A stretch of 64,000 bases of DNA from Octopus sinensis. Taxonomy: Eukaryota. Below the pieces are notes generated by a model, which was not told the origin of the DNA, ran no database searches, and worked only from the letters and a program-made list of their open reading frames with translations. Position numbers and translations under genes: made by a program. Shown in pieces: positions 13,169 to 26,456 of this stretch. How positions within the stretch are numbered: the stretch's first letter is position 1; each line of letters starts with the position of its first letter. Location of the stretch: contig NC_043012.1 in assembly GCF_006345805.1 (NCBI RefSeq), forward strand, positions 57,722,001-57,786,000. The letters are read 5' to 3'.

Positions 13169-13800
13169 GCTGCGGCCATGCTGGGGCACTGCTTGAAGAA
13201 TTTTAGTCGAACGAATCGACCCCAATACTTTTTTTTTCCTGAAGTCTGGCGTTATTCTATTCGTTTCTTTTGCGGAACCGCTTGCTTATGGTGACGGAAA
13301 AACATCAACACCGGCTGTCCAGCGGTGGTGTGGAATAGAGACACAGAGACAAACACACACACACCTACGCACAAAGACACGCACACCCACCCACACAAAC
13401 ATATACGTAGTCATACGACGGGCTTCTTTTAGTTTCCGTCTACCAAATTCACTGGCAATGCTTTGGTCGACCCCGGTATATTTTCTTAAACCTCTAAGCC
13501 GAACCTCTAAGTTACAGGGACGCAAACATGCCAAAACCGGTGGTTGTCAAATGGTGGCGGGGAGGAGGGGACACACACAAACGCACACAACACACACACA
13601 CACACACACGCACGCACACGCACACATTTATATAAACATGACGAAGGTTTTTTTCACTTTCTGTCTACCAGATTCACTCACATGGCTTCAGTCGTCCTCG
13701 GGCTGTAGCACAACACACTTTCCCAGGGTGCTACACACTGGAGGACTGAACCCGGAACCACGTGATTGAGAAGCAAACTTCTTTCCACACAGCCACGCTT
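13169..13800 (-). mobile_element. Older family A SINE copies (composite)
   Basis: Diverged reverse-complement matches to family A tail, body and head. Confidence 0.75.
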
Positions 13801-14152
13801 GGGCTTATGTCTAAAATACATTCAAAATAAATCAATCTTATTTCTTTATTGAACAGTGAAATCTCATGTGGTGTCTTAAATTAAAACACCTCTTAAACAT
13901 TAGAAAAAATATATATACAGAAGTTATATAAACAACTATAAATTTCGACATTCTTTATTAAAGAGAGTATCACACCTCTACATAAGCAACCTCCCGCCCC
14001 CTCAACTTTCAAGGTTTCATACTTTGTTTTGTCTTCTTTTTCTTTTTATTGTTTCTTCCTATCTTGTTTTCGGTGAATGACACAGGAGACGTTAGACGGA
14101 TTTAATGTTACTGACTAAAGTCTTCGAGTGTAGTGAAACGAGTATAAACAAT

Positions 14153-14495
14153 ATGCATGTATGTATGTATGTATGTATGTATGTATGTATGTATGTATGT
14201 ATGTATGTATGTATGCATGTATGTATGTATGTATGTATGTATGTATGTATGTATGTATATGTAATTGTATGTATGTATGTATGATTGTATGTATGTATGT
14301 ATGTATGCATGTATGCATGTATGCATGTATGTATGTATGCATGTGTGTATGTATGTATGTATATATGATTGTATGTATGTATGTATGTATGTATGTATGA
14401 TTATATGTATGCATGCATGTATGTATGTATGTATGATTGTATGTATGTATATATGTATTTATTATGTATTTATGTATGTACGTATGCATACAAAC

Positions 14496-14536
<41 letters not shown>

Positions 14537-14569
14537 AACACACATACACACACACACACATATATATTC

Positions 14570-14604
<35 letters not shown>

Positions 14605-14780
14605 TGTATACATGCACATCTGTGTATATGTATACATATACATGTATCTATACGTACACATGTATCTATGTATACATATATTTGCGTATTCATACATACA
14701 TACATATATATGTATATATCTATATGTACATTTATATACTTATATATATGTATATATGCATGTATGTATGTATGTATGTG
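14153..14780. repeat. (ATGT)n / (TA)n compound microsatellite
   Basis: Direct reading; source of the MYVC/HTYI ORFs. Confidence 0.95.
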
Positions 14781-15257
14781 TGTGTGTTAGTGTGTAGAAG
14801 CGTCCCCGAGTTACATAAGCATTAAAAAAGCATATATATATATATATAAATATATATAGAGAGAGAGACAGAGAGAGAGGGGGGTCGTAACAGAGGAATA
14901 GAGGTCATTTAATACATCTAAAATGTCTCTCTTTATTTCTCTCTCGCCCTCGTTCTCTCTCTCTCTCTCTCTTCCTATCCGATTTTCCTGCTCACAGCAC
15001 CAAAATTTAAATTCACTGTCAGTTCTACTTTTATCAAAGATGTACGGAAATCCATCGGGAGAGAAAAAAAATGTTTACTTTTCCATGTTTTGTCAGAATA
15101 TTTCAGCAGACACCGCATAAACTGAAGTTGAATTTTCAGTCGTCGACTCTTTCAGTGGTTGTGATTAAATGTTAGTTGTCAACTAGAATAAAAACGAAAT
15201 TTTTCACGGTGCCAAACAGATCCCGGGGACAACACATGTGATGACAAAATAAAAACT

Positions 15258-15578
15258 GGTCCTCCGTCGATTACGACGACGAGGGTTCCAGTTGATCCGC
15301 ATCAAAGGAGCAGCCTGCCCGAGAAAATTAGCGTTCAAATGACCGGCCATTCCACTGACATGTACACCCTCAACGTTGTTCCCAGGGAGATTATGCGTGG
15401 CACAAAATGTGACAAAGATGGCCTTTTGAATCGGACACAACTCGTGTTTTTGCCGGCCTAGTGAACTGCAGACATCTGAAATAAAGTGTCTTACTCAAGG
15501 ACGTAACGCGCCGCCAGGAATCGAACACACGATCTAGCTTACGATCATGAGCCGAATACCCTAACTCCTAAGCCACGG
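15258..15578 (-). mobile_element. CORE-type SINE with a different tail
   Basis: tRNA-like head near 15578, CORE-like ccttgagtaagacactttatttc; tail homologous to 45445-45599. Confidence 0.75.
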
Positions 15579-15767
15579 TCGTTCACCGATGTCAAATAAA
15601 TCAGCATCGAATCAGCGGCACCAAATAGACGGTGCCAGAAGGGCTGTGTAAAACTTTCTCAAACCCCCTGAATATGGGCGTAGTAAACTTGCCGATCCCC
15701 TGAGCATAAGAGAGACTATACTACCAAAGTCGGCCATAATAGACTAAGATACTTCTTTATAAACTAT

Positions 15768-16188
15768 TACTCTTTTACTCTTTACTCTTTTACTTGTTTC
15801 AGTCATTTGACTGCGGCCATGCTGGAGCACCGCCCTTTAGTCGAGCAAATCGACCCCGGGACTTATTCTTTGAAGCCCAGTACTTATTCTATCGGTTTCT
15901 TTTGCCGAACCGCTAGGTGACGGGGACGTAAACACACCAGCATCGGTTGTCAAGCAATGCTAGGGGGACAAACACAGACACACACACACACACATGCATA
16001 TATATATATATATATATACATATACACGACAGGTTTCTTTCAGTTTCCGTCTACTAAATCCACTCACAAGGCATTGGTCGGCCCGGGGCTATAGCAGAAG
16101 ACTTGCCCAAGATGCCACGCAGTGGGACTGAACCCGGAACCATGTGGTTGGTTAGCAAGCTACTTACCACACAGCCACTTCTACGCCT
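15768..16188 (-). mobile_element. SINE family A, full length
   Basis: Near-identical reverse complement of 24932-25355. Confidence 0.92.
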
Positions 16189-16419
16189 ATATTCATTGTC
16201 TATAATTCTTTGGTTGAAATCTCGGACTAATTTACTTTATGGAGACAAATCCTTTTATTCTTAAAGAGTTTAAAACGTAAGTACTGGGGTCGATTCATTC
16301 CCCCCCCCCACAAAAAAAAAAAATTCAAGGTTGTGCTCCAGCATGACCGCAGTGAAATGAGTGAAGCAAATAAAAGAATAAAAAAATAAAAGAATGGAAT
16401 TCATGACAACGAAAACAAA

Positions 16420-16492
16420 AGCAACCATCACCACGACAACCATGACCATCACTACTGACACTACTAGTACTACTACTACTACCACCACCACC

Positions 16493-16542
<50 letters not shown>

Positions 16543-16660
16543 CACAACTGCCACGACGACGTGACACCAAAGCTATACTATACTACCATTACATGCACCA
16601 TCTTCACCACAGCTACCACCACCACCACCACCACCATTGCTATTACTACCACCACTATTG

Positions 16661-16709
<49 letters not shown>

Positions 16710-16830
16710 CACAACTGCCACGACGACGTGACCACCAAAGCTACTACTACTACTACCATTACATGCACCATCTTCACCACAGCTACCACCACCACCACCA
16801 CCACCATTGCTATTACTACCACCACTATTG

Positions 16831-16882
<52 letters not shown>
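16420..16882. repeat. Compound (CAC)/(TAC) repeat with a 170-bp higher-order duplication
   Basis: acatgcaccatcttcaccacagct at 16591 and 16761. Confidence 0.9.
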
Positions 16883-16883
<1 letters not shown>

Positions 16884-17594
16884 GTTTTAATATTTTTGCA
16901 AGGTATGACAATACGTTTGTTAGCTGCATTAAGTTCTTATGTATCTTTTCAATTTCCTTCACGTGGCACCTTTGCATTCAATGCGCCAGTGTTTACCTTG
17001 TTTCTTTGACTTTAAGCGAAGAATTTAAAGAAATATTTCCCTGGGTACTTCGCCAACCTCTGATTGGTAAATTTTCCGCGAGCGAAATAGAGTTAAGTAT
17101 TGCAAACCATCAAAAAGCCATTTTTAGCAAACAAACATAGCGAATATGCTTCTACTAAAAAGTTGATTTACAGAATGGAAGTGTTGGTTACCGATGAACG
17201 CTGCATATCAGATCTCTTCGATTTAAAATAATTCTTTTTTAGCTTTCCGTCTTGTAAGGTCAGTCGCCCTATTTTCATGGTGCATAACTGACCGAAATAA
17301 CAACGTTGCCTCTGAAAGGGACGCCGGTTTGTTGCAAGGGTCCAACTCTAGTAAATTTGACGAGAGCAGAGAAGTCAATAGCATCGACCACCCTCACTAC
17401 TTGATTAGGACTGGTACTCTATTTTTTATCGACCCCGAAGAGATGAAAAGCAAAAGGCGACATCGGCGGGATTTGAAATCAGAACGTAAGACACCGAATG
17501 AAATCCCGCAAAGCACAATTCTCCGATTTGCTAACGATTCCACCAACGCGCCGCCGTCGTCGTCGTAGTTGTAATTGTAGTAGTAGTAGTGGTA

Positions 17595-18297
17595 GTTTCA
17601 AATTCTGGCACAAGGCCAACAATTTCTGGGGAGGGGGTAAGTCGATTACATCGACCCATTGCTCAACTGGTACTTATTTTATCTTGGCCGGAAAGGATGA
17701 AATGCAAAGGTGACCTCGGCGAGATTTGAACTCAGAACGTAATGTGTCGGACGAAATGCTGCTAAGCATTTTGTCCGGTGTGCTTACAATTCTGCCAGCG
17801 CGCCACCGTAGTGGTAGAAATAGTCGTAGTAGTGGTAGTAGTAGTAGTAGTAGTAGTAGTAGTTTAAAATTTTGGCACAAAGCTAGGGGGTGGTCGATTA
17901 ACGTCGATGACATTGACTTCAGGATTCGAGTTGCACTTATTTTATGGATTGTGGAAAAGATGAAAGGCTAAGTCGACTTCGGCAGGATTTGAACTCAGAT
18001 TATAAAGACAGACGAAATACATATTTCTTTACTATCCACAAGGAGCTAAACACAGAGGGGACAAACAAGGACCGGCAAACGGATTAAGTCGATTATATCC
18101 ATCCCAGTGCGTAACTGGTACTTATTTAATCGACCCCGAAAGGATGACAGGCAAAGTCGACCTCGGCGGAATTTGAACTCAGAACGTAACGGCAGACGAA
18201 ATACCTATTTCTTTACTACCCACAAGGGGCTAAACACAGAGAGGACAAACAAGGACAGACAAAGGGATTAAGTCGATTATATCGACTCCAGTGCGTA
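17595..18297 (-). mobile_element. Cluster of SINE family B copies including a 184-bp multimer
   Basis: gacgaaatac at 18011 and 18195; reverse complement of 33875-34491. Confidence 0.85.
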
Positions 18298-18702
18298 ACA
18301 TATTTTGCAGGTGACTGGCGAATGTTGTAGCTTACACAGCGCCTCCAACTGGTTTAGGTATTTACACGTCACCATTCTTGTGTCGCCATAAGACTTCCAG
18401 TAGACGGAACAACGATTGATATGACCATTGAGAGACATCGATAACACATTGGCTAATAGTGATAAACTCTTGTATAACACGCGTTCCGCACCACTCTCTG
18501 AGCCTCCATGATTAGTATCCAGTGATAGGTACTGTAACATAGCAGTTCGGCAGAACGGAACGATGGAATAAATACCACACTTTCATATAGTGTTAAAAAA
18601 TAAAAGCCTCAAAGCCATTCAGAAATACTGGGATCGAAATGTTCAAATAAATTTCTTCAAGGCGGTGCTCCAGCATGGCCGCAGTCTAGCGTCGAAAACA
18701 AA

Positions 18703-19100
18703 TCTTTATATATAAAAGAGAAGTTGTGTGTCTGTCTCCTACGATTTAGATTCCTAACTACTCCCACATTTTGCGGTGCAGTTTAACCAAAACCGGGTAT
18801 CTTATAATCGTGATTCATATCGAGCCCTTCTGGGTATTAGCGCGCGTCTACGATGAGTTTACGATTAAAAAAAAAATTACCATAATTTTTTTCCATTTTA
18901 ATGCATTTTTTCGCTGTTATATAAGGGAAGTAACTCTCTAAAAATGTCTACGATGAGTCAACGATTTAAAAAAAAAATTACCATCATTTTTATTCCATTT
19001 TTAATGCATTTTTTTGCTATTTTTTTGGCTATAACTCTCTAAAAATGCTTATATAATTATTTCCCTTACAAACCCGAGCAACGCCGGGCGATACTGCTAG
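18703..19100 (+). mobile_element. Non-autonomous Helitron
   Basis: Begins TC after A (a|tctttatatataaaa), ends CTAG before T, with 3' hairpin cccgagcaacgccggg about 10 nt before the end; no TSD; internal ~100-bp duplication; inserted in a family A SINE tail. Confidence 0.85.
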
Positions 19101-20003
19101 TGAGTAAGAAACGAAAACGAAAAGCTGTAAATTTCCAGAATATTTCAAATTCTACAAAACGTCTGTTCACATCAATGTCGAGAACAAGTAGCAGGTTATC
19201 AGGTATCCCATCACAGATGCGAATTGTTTCTTGTGCGGTTAATGTCATTAAAACTACAGCGAAGTTCATTACCCACTATTTAAACCCTAACCCTTACCCT
19301 AACCTTTTATCGGATATAGGGTTTTTGCTCGTACTCAAAAAGCCGATAATATTCATTTTACCAAAATGTCGAGTTGAAGTGTTTACCGATTGGAAACCAA
19401 TATTCAAAGATCATATCAGGAATGAAAATTTGATAATTTGTGAAAAATAAAGTAGAATTTGAAATTTGAAGAATATGACCTTTATGCCCTGCAATGAGTA
19501 TAATACATACGCAATTGAAAATCATTTCAATGAATCACCAAGTGAAGGAAAAATAAAAAAGAATTTATGTATAATCTATTTCCATAGTTAAGTTCGTTTC
19601 CTCAATATTTCTGTATTTTTGGACAGCGATTTGGCAAAAACCAATAGAAAACTGGAATAAATGTTCTGAGATATTTATATATTTACTCCAAAATTGAGTT
19701 TATATGAGAGCAGGTGTGGCTGAATGGTTAAAACGCTTATATCACAATAACATGGATCCAGTTTCGATTCTACTGTTGCGGTATGTTGGAGCTGGCGTTT
19801 CTCGTTAAAAAGTAAAAAAGTCACTATTTTATCCAACACTGTAACGATTCCGTTAGATCGCCGCCTTTGTCTCGTTATAGTGTTTTCCTTAGTGACATAC
19901 ACGTATAATATTCCCTAAAACAAACTACAATTAAACCTCCTTAAACTTTCTCAATGCGGCGAGTTTGCAGAGCAGTTAGCGCTCTTAGAATATTCTAAAT
20001 TGA

Positions 20004-20442
20004 AAGGCGGCGAGCTGGCAGAAACGTTAGCAAGCCGGGTGAAATGCTTAGCGGTAGTTCGTCTGCTGTTACGTTCTGAGTTCAAATTCCGCCGAGGTCG
20101 ATTTTGCCTTTCATCCTTTCGGGGTCGATAAATTAAGTACCAGTTGCCTACGTGGGATCGATGTAATCGACTTAATCCCTTTCTATGTCCTTGTTTGTTC
20201 CCTGTATGTTTAGCCCCTTGTAGGCAATAAAGAAATAAGAAACGTTAGCACACCGGGCGAAATGCTTTGCGGTATTTCGCCTATCTTTATATTTTGAGTT
20301 CAAATTCCGCCGGGGTCGACTTTGCTTTTCATCCTTTCGGGGTCGATAAATTAAGTACCAGTTGCGTACTTGGGTCGATCTAATCGACTGGCGCCCACCC
20401 CCAAAAACTTCGGGCCTTGTGCCTAGTATAGAAAAGAAAAAT
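20004..20442 (+). mobile_element. SINE family B dimer with 14-bp target-site duplication
   Basis: TSD atattctaaattga at 19990-20003 and 20443-20456; the two monomers end in different tails. Confidence 0.9.
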
Positions 20443-21208
20443 ATATTCTAAATTGAGAGCCGGCATAGCTGAATTGTTAAAACGATCGCTTTGCAATAAC
20501 TGAATTCAGTTTCGATTTCCCTATTGTGGTATCTTGGGGCAGGCGTTTCCTGTTATAGCGTTTTCCTTGGTTTCAAATAACAAACAAACAAACAACAATT
20601 AAAACCCCTGAAACCTTCTCAAGGTGGCGAGCTGACAGAATAGAATATGCTTTGCGGCATTTCTTCTGGGTGTATCTTCTGAGTTCAACGGCAATCAGGG
20701 TCAGATTTGCTTTTGGTCCTTTCAGAGTCTATAAAATATGCTCCGTTTTAACACTGGAGTCGATGTAATCGGGTTTTCATCTCTCGAAATTTCTGGCCTT
20801 GTGCCACATTTTGAAATTATTATTATTATTATTATTATTATTTAGGCGGCGATCTAGCTGAACTTTTAGCACTCCGGACAAAATGTTTAGCGGAAATTTG
20901 TTTGTCTTCGGGCTCTGAGTCCAAATGCAGCCAACGCTGACTTTGCTTTTCATCGTTTCGGTGTCGATAAAATAAGCACCATTCGATAACTGGGGTCGAT
21001 GTAATCGACAGACCACTTCTCATCAAATATCTGGCCGTGTGCCTTTATTGGAAACGATTATTGTTATAATCATTAAGGCAGTGAACTTAATAGAATCGTT
21101 AAAACGCTGACAAAATGACCTCATCAGGACTTCACCCTGAAGATGGAACTGTGAAAATGGATTTAAGAACACTTCATGCTTAGGAAACTGCAAAGATTTA
21201 TCCGAATT

Positions 21209-21285
<77 letters not shown>

Positions 21286-21307
21286 AGATAGATAGATAGA
21301 TTGACAG

Positions 21308-21397
<90 letters not shown>

Positions 21398-22009
21398 TAG
21401 ATAGATAGATAGATAGATAGTAGATAGATAGATTGACAGATAGGTAGCTAGTGAAATATAGATGATAAACGAATGAATGAGTGTCGGTTCAAAATGGCTG
21501 CTTTATCCACGTATTGCTTTCAGATTTCGCAGACATTAAATTCGCGCGTCAGTCTTCTGAAGTCGATGAAAATAAAGTACCAGCGAATGTTGGGGATCGA
21601 TGTAGTGTTTCTGTATTGTGTCCTTGATGTCGATGAAATAATACAAGAAGGCAAAATACAAAAAAACTAACAAAAATGAAAACTCATGTATCAAGTTGTT
21701 TGTTAGTAATTGCTGTATTTTACTTGCTAAAACAAGCAGAATTGCCAGTCTGGGAACCATCAACAATATATTATTAAAAGACAAACAAACAAAAATTTAA
21801 TTAAATGCACTTAGTATAAAAAAAAATAATAATTAAATTCCCCTTAGAAACAAATAATTAAACGGATTAAACCGTTGCAAGTGTTGTTATATCATACCCA
21901 TGTTGTTGAATATGTATAAAGACTAACGCACACATACACAAAAATATATGTTCAGCTAAAACTTATTTTTATATTTTTTCTAATTAATTTAATATTATCG
22001 TTGCTGTTG

Positions 22010-22074
<65 letters not shown>

Positions 22075-22571
22075 GTGGTTGTTGTTGTTGTTGTACGAAC
22101 CAGTCTTAAATTTTGGCATGGAAATAAGTACAGGGAATCAATAAGTATCACCCAGACTCTATCACACAGCGAACAGCAAACAACGCGTAAGAAACTAATA
22201 ACTTTTAACCTCATTGCCTTAAATATTCAAAGCTTGTTTAAATTGTACGACGCGAGTTCTACCGGATACAAACATTGTTTCAGGAGAAAATAAAACGAAA
22301 AGAAAAAAGAAGGCCAAACACACAAACAAACAATAAAAAAACCGTTAATCAAAACTACGTTGTTTTATTTTTATTTGAAAAAGGATAATTAGGAAAAATA
22401 TTCATACATAATGCACACACACACATAGACACACACACACACACACACATATATATTTCCATGCCAAAATATATATATGCGTGTGTGTGTGTATATATAT
22501 ACACATACACAAACGCATATATACACACATATATGTATGTATATATGTATATATTTATACACACATATATG

Positions 22572-22612
<41 letters not shown>

Positions 22613-22952
22613 CTATATGTATTATACACACACACATACACATACACACACACACATATATGAAAAGTGAATTGATTTCTCACGCTGTTTGCTAATTTCT
22701 TTGTTAGTGCTGCGTAGGTACATGTTTTTCTTAAATACAAACATACACGCACGCGCACGCACACACACGAACACATACAGACACATATACGTACATATGT
22801 ATATGTGTGTGCATGTGAATACGCATGTATATACATATATATCTATAGATACATATAGCATACATATACATATATATATGCATATATGTATATAAATATA
22901 TATATGTGCATATATACATATATATATACATATACATACATACATACATACA

Positions 22953-22995
<43 letters not shown>

Positions 22996-23524
22996 ATGTA
23001 TATAGAATATATATATATCATACACATATCTATGCACTCGCACATATATATACATATAAATATTAACGCGGGGTCACATACATAAGAAACACCACACACA
23101 CGCACACACACGCGCGCGCGCGCATATAAATAATATGTGTTCAATAAAACTGGATTTGTCACTAAAAGGCGATGCGGATTTATAGTTAGGCGATAGGCAA
23201 AAAGTTTGAGGAAATGAAACCAACAACATCATTATAAACCGATACTCAATTATCGATTTTTGAGAAGTGATAAAGGAAGAAAGAATTATGGGAGTCAACA
23301 CAAAGGTATTACATGTGGCGTTCTTACAGAAAAAGAAAAAAGGAACTCATCATTGCACCGCCCACAAAAAGAATTCTGTAAACCTAGGACTGAATAACGA
23401 CCCATAAAGACCTTAAACATTTCAAGCACTTCGGTGCTCCCATATATATATTGTTAAAAATATAAACGATAATAAACTATAGAATAAATTCCTATTCTAT
23501 AAAATGAAAAAAAATAATATAAGA

Positions 23525-24013
23525 AATGCACCCTTTTAAATCCTAGCCAGACTCGTGGGCTCGGTTTGCCGGTTTCTATGGCGTATGTGTTCCCCAGCTG
23601 GACGGGACACCAGTCCATCGTAACGTTGCTCATTTTTGCCAGCTGAGTGAAATGAAGTGTTTTGCTCAAGAACACAACACGTCACCCGGTCCAGGAATCG
23701 AAACCACAATCTTACGATCATGGTGCTGACACCCTTACCAGTAAGCCAGGCGCCTCCACAAATAAATGCGCCCTTTTAAAGCCTAGCCAGGCTCATGGGA
23801 CCGGTTTCCTGGTTTCTATGGCATATGTGTTCCCCAGCTGGACGAGACGCCAGTCCATCGCAGCGTTACTAATTTTTGCCAGCTGAGTGGACCGGAGCAA
23901 AGTGAAATGAAGAGTTTTGCTCAAGAACACAACGCCTCGCCCAATCAGGAATCGAAACCACAATCTTAGGATCATGATGCTGACGCCCTAGCAACTAAGC
24001 CACGCGCCTCCAC
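23525..24013 (-). mobile_element. Tandem pair of CORE-type SINEs
   Basis: Two ~240-bp copies, each with a tRNA-like head and gttgtgttcttgagcaaaac. Confidence 0.85.
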
Positions 24014-24574
24014 AAAATGAAATAAAACTAACAGTAAAATGGAAAATAATATTTATTTTTGTATACTTCCCCTTTATTTATATTTGAAGAGCTTTTCCTT
24101 ATTTTATTTAATTGCAAAGTCTTTGATCACACCCTCACTAGCACACCAGGTATACTTGTTTTAGTAAGTTTTAAATGATGTTCTTTTGTGCCGTAAACCA
24201 TTTCCCATTTCCATGGTGCGCCCCCTGCTTCACTTGATGGTCTAAGCACAAGTTTATTTTGCTTAATGGTTAATCCAGCGCTGGGTAAACCCAACCCATA
24301 CTGTCAATTCCACCACTCTTGTTGCTGCTAGAATATATAAATTATACAAAATACGGTTCCTGTATATTGCAAAGTAGATTCAGCCACTGGTAGGCAAATG
24401 TCTTCTTGATCACGAGGACAATGGAACGACGATGCCAGGATACAAACTTTCAACGTCTTATTTACTCATCTCCTACATACATACAATCAAATCGACTTTC
24501 TATACAAGTAGTACCTAACCTGGGGTCCGCAAAGGTAGTACTAGGGTCCGTTAAATAAATTCAAAATCTTACCA

Positions 24575-24903
24575 CATGACTCAGTGGTAAGAGCGTCGAG
24601 CGTACGATCGTGAGGTCGTGAGTTCGAATCCCGGACCGGGCTGCATGTTGTGTTCTTGAGCAAGACACTTTATTTCACGTTGCTCCGGTTCACTCAGCTG
24701 TAGAAATGAGTTGCGACGTCACTGGTGCCAAGCTGTATCGGCCCCTTTGCCTTTCCCTTGGATAACACTGGTGGCGTGGAGAGGGGAGGCCGGTGTGCAT
24801 GGGCGCCTGCTGGTCTTTCATAAACAAACTTGCCCGGACTTGTGCCTGGAATGGTAACTTTCTAGGTGCAATCCCATGGTCAGTCATGACCGAAGGGGGT
24901 CTC
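24575..24903 (+). mobile_element. CORE-type tRNA-derived SINE (family D)
   Basis: B box gagttcgaatccc, CORE-like gttgtgttcttgagcaagacacttta. Confidence 0.9.
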
Positions 24904-24931
24904 AGCATATATATATATATATATATATATA

Positions 24932-25355
24932 GGCGCAGGAGTGGCTATGTCGTAAGTAGCTTGCTAACCAACTACATGGTTCCGGGTTCAGTCCCACTGC
25001 GTGGCATCTTGGGCAAATGTCTTCTGCTATAGCCCCGGGCCGACCAATGCCTTGTGAATGGATTTGGTAGACGGAAACTGAAAGAAGCCTGTCGTATATA
25101 TATATATATAATATATATATATATATATGTATGTTTGTGTTTGTGTGTCTGTGTTTGTCCCCCTAGCATTGCTTGACAACCGATGCTGGTGTGTTTACGT
25201 CCCCGTCACTTAGCGGTTCGGCAAAAGAGACCGATAGAATAAGTACTGGGCTTACAAAGAATAAGTCCCGAGGTCGATTTGCTCGACTAAAGGCGGTGCT
25301 CCAGCATGGCCGCAGTCAAATGACTGAAACAAGTAAAAGAGAATAAAAGAGAGTA
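24932..25355 (+). mobile_element. SINE family A, full length
   Basis: Complete head, internal microsatellite and tail. Confidence 0.92.
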
Positions 25356-25730
25356 TATATATATATACATACATATAGAGGGAAACCACTATGTGGACAC
25401 CCTTATGCTAGAAATAGATCCTCTATGGTCTTACCACTAAGAAATGTTCTCTAGAAAAATTTAGCAAAACAACCAAAACGTAATCGAGCAAGACAAAAGA
25501 AAATGCAATGCTCGATTACGTTTTGGTTGTTTTGCTAAATTTTTCTTGAGAACATTTCTTAGTGGTAAGATCATAGCGGATCTATATAACTAGAAGTGAG
25601 GGGACGTACCAGCTGCAATAAGCGTATACATACACATACGTACATGCATATATACACACACATAAAAAAATATATATAAATATATATATATATGTGTGTG
25701 TATATGTATATATATTTATATATATATATA

Positions 25731-25766
25731 TACGCGTTTCGGGGTATTGCCCCTTTTCAATGCAGC
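25731..25766 (-). ncRNA. Minimal hammerhead with U3-A8 core (TTGAAAA), truncated at the cleavage triplet
   Basis: gctgca TTGAAAA GGGG caata CCCC GAAAC gc GTA then (TA)n; the missing stem I strand appears in the inverted half copy at 26011-26031 (cccGAAACgcGTC tgtagc). Confidence 0.65.
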
Positions 25767-26100
25767 GTAGCCAGCCAGTAGGTGTCGCTTCCGACAATCT
25801 CTGTTCGATGGTTTATTTACCTAGTTTCGGTGGAATACATCCACTTGTTTTAATAATAGAAATATTAAAATAACTAAGTCTCTCTAAAAGAGAACAGCGG
25901 CAGCGTTCCGGAAAATAATAGTTATCGCCATACTAATATGGCATTCTTATAAAAATAAAAAAAAGCTGTCCGCTTATTAGCTCCATGAGGCCATCGCCTT
26001 AAGTTAGCTATACCCGAAACGCGTCTGTAGCTGCCGGTCAAGTAGTGTGGAGCGACTGACCTCCCTTGTTCGAAGGTTATATATATATCTATATATATAT

Positions 26101-26143
<43 letters not shown>

Positions 26144-26149
26144 TGTGTA

Positions 26150-26456
26150 GGTGCAATGGACCAGTGATTAGGGCAGCGGACTCGCGGTCATAGGATCACG
26201 GTTTCGATTCCTAGACTAGGCATTGTGAGTGTTTATTGAGCGAAAACACCTAAAGCTCCACGACGTTCCGGCAGGGGGGTGGGGCGATCCCTGCTGTACG
26301 CTTTCGCCACAACTTTCTCTCACTCTTTCTTCTGTTGGCCTGCTCGCTTAGCCAGCGGGGTGGCGTCATTTAAAGGTTAAAACAATGCGAAACGCATTGT
26401 GACCAGCGATGTGTAGCAACATCTGATAGCATGGTCGGTCACGGTGATCACGGTGA
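26150..26456 (+). mobile_element. SINE family C
   Basis: Homologous to 427-731 in reverse orientation. Confidence 0.88.

Noticed and set aside
19282-19305. Telomere-like aaccct repeats (also gttagggttaggg near 59380)
   Set aside because: Only 2-4 imperfect units; too short to call an interstitial telomere.
19100-19450. 116-aa ORF with a basic N-terminus
   Set aside because: Starts at a GTG overlapping the Helitron end; no splice or domain support.
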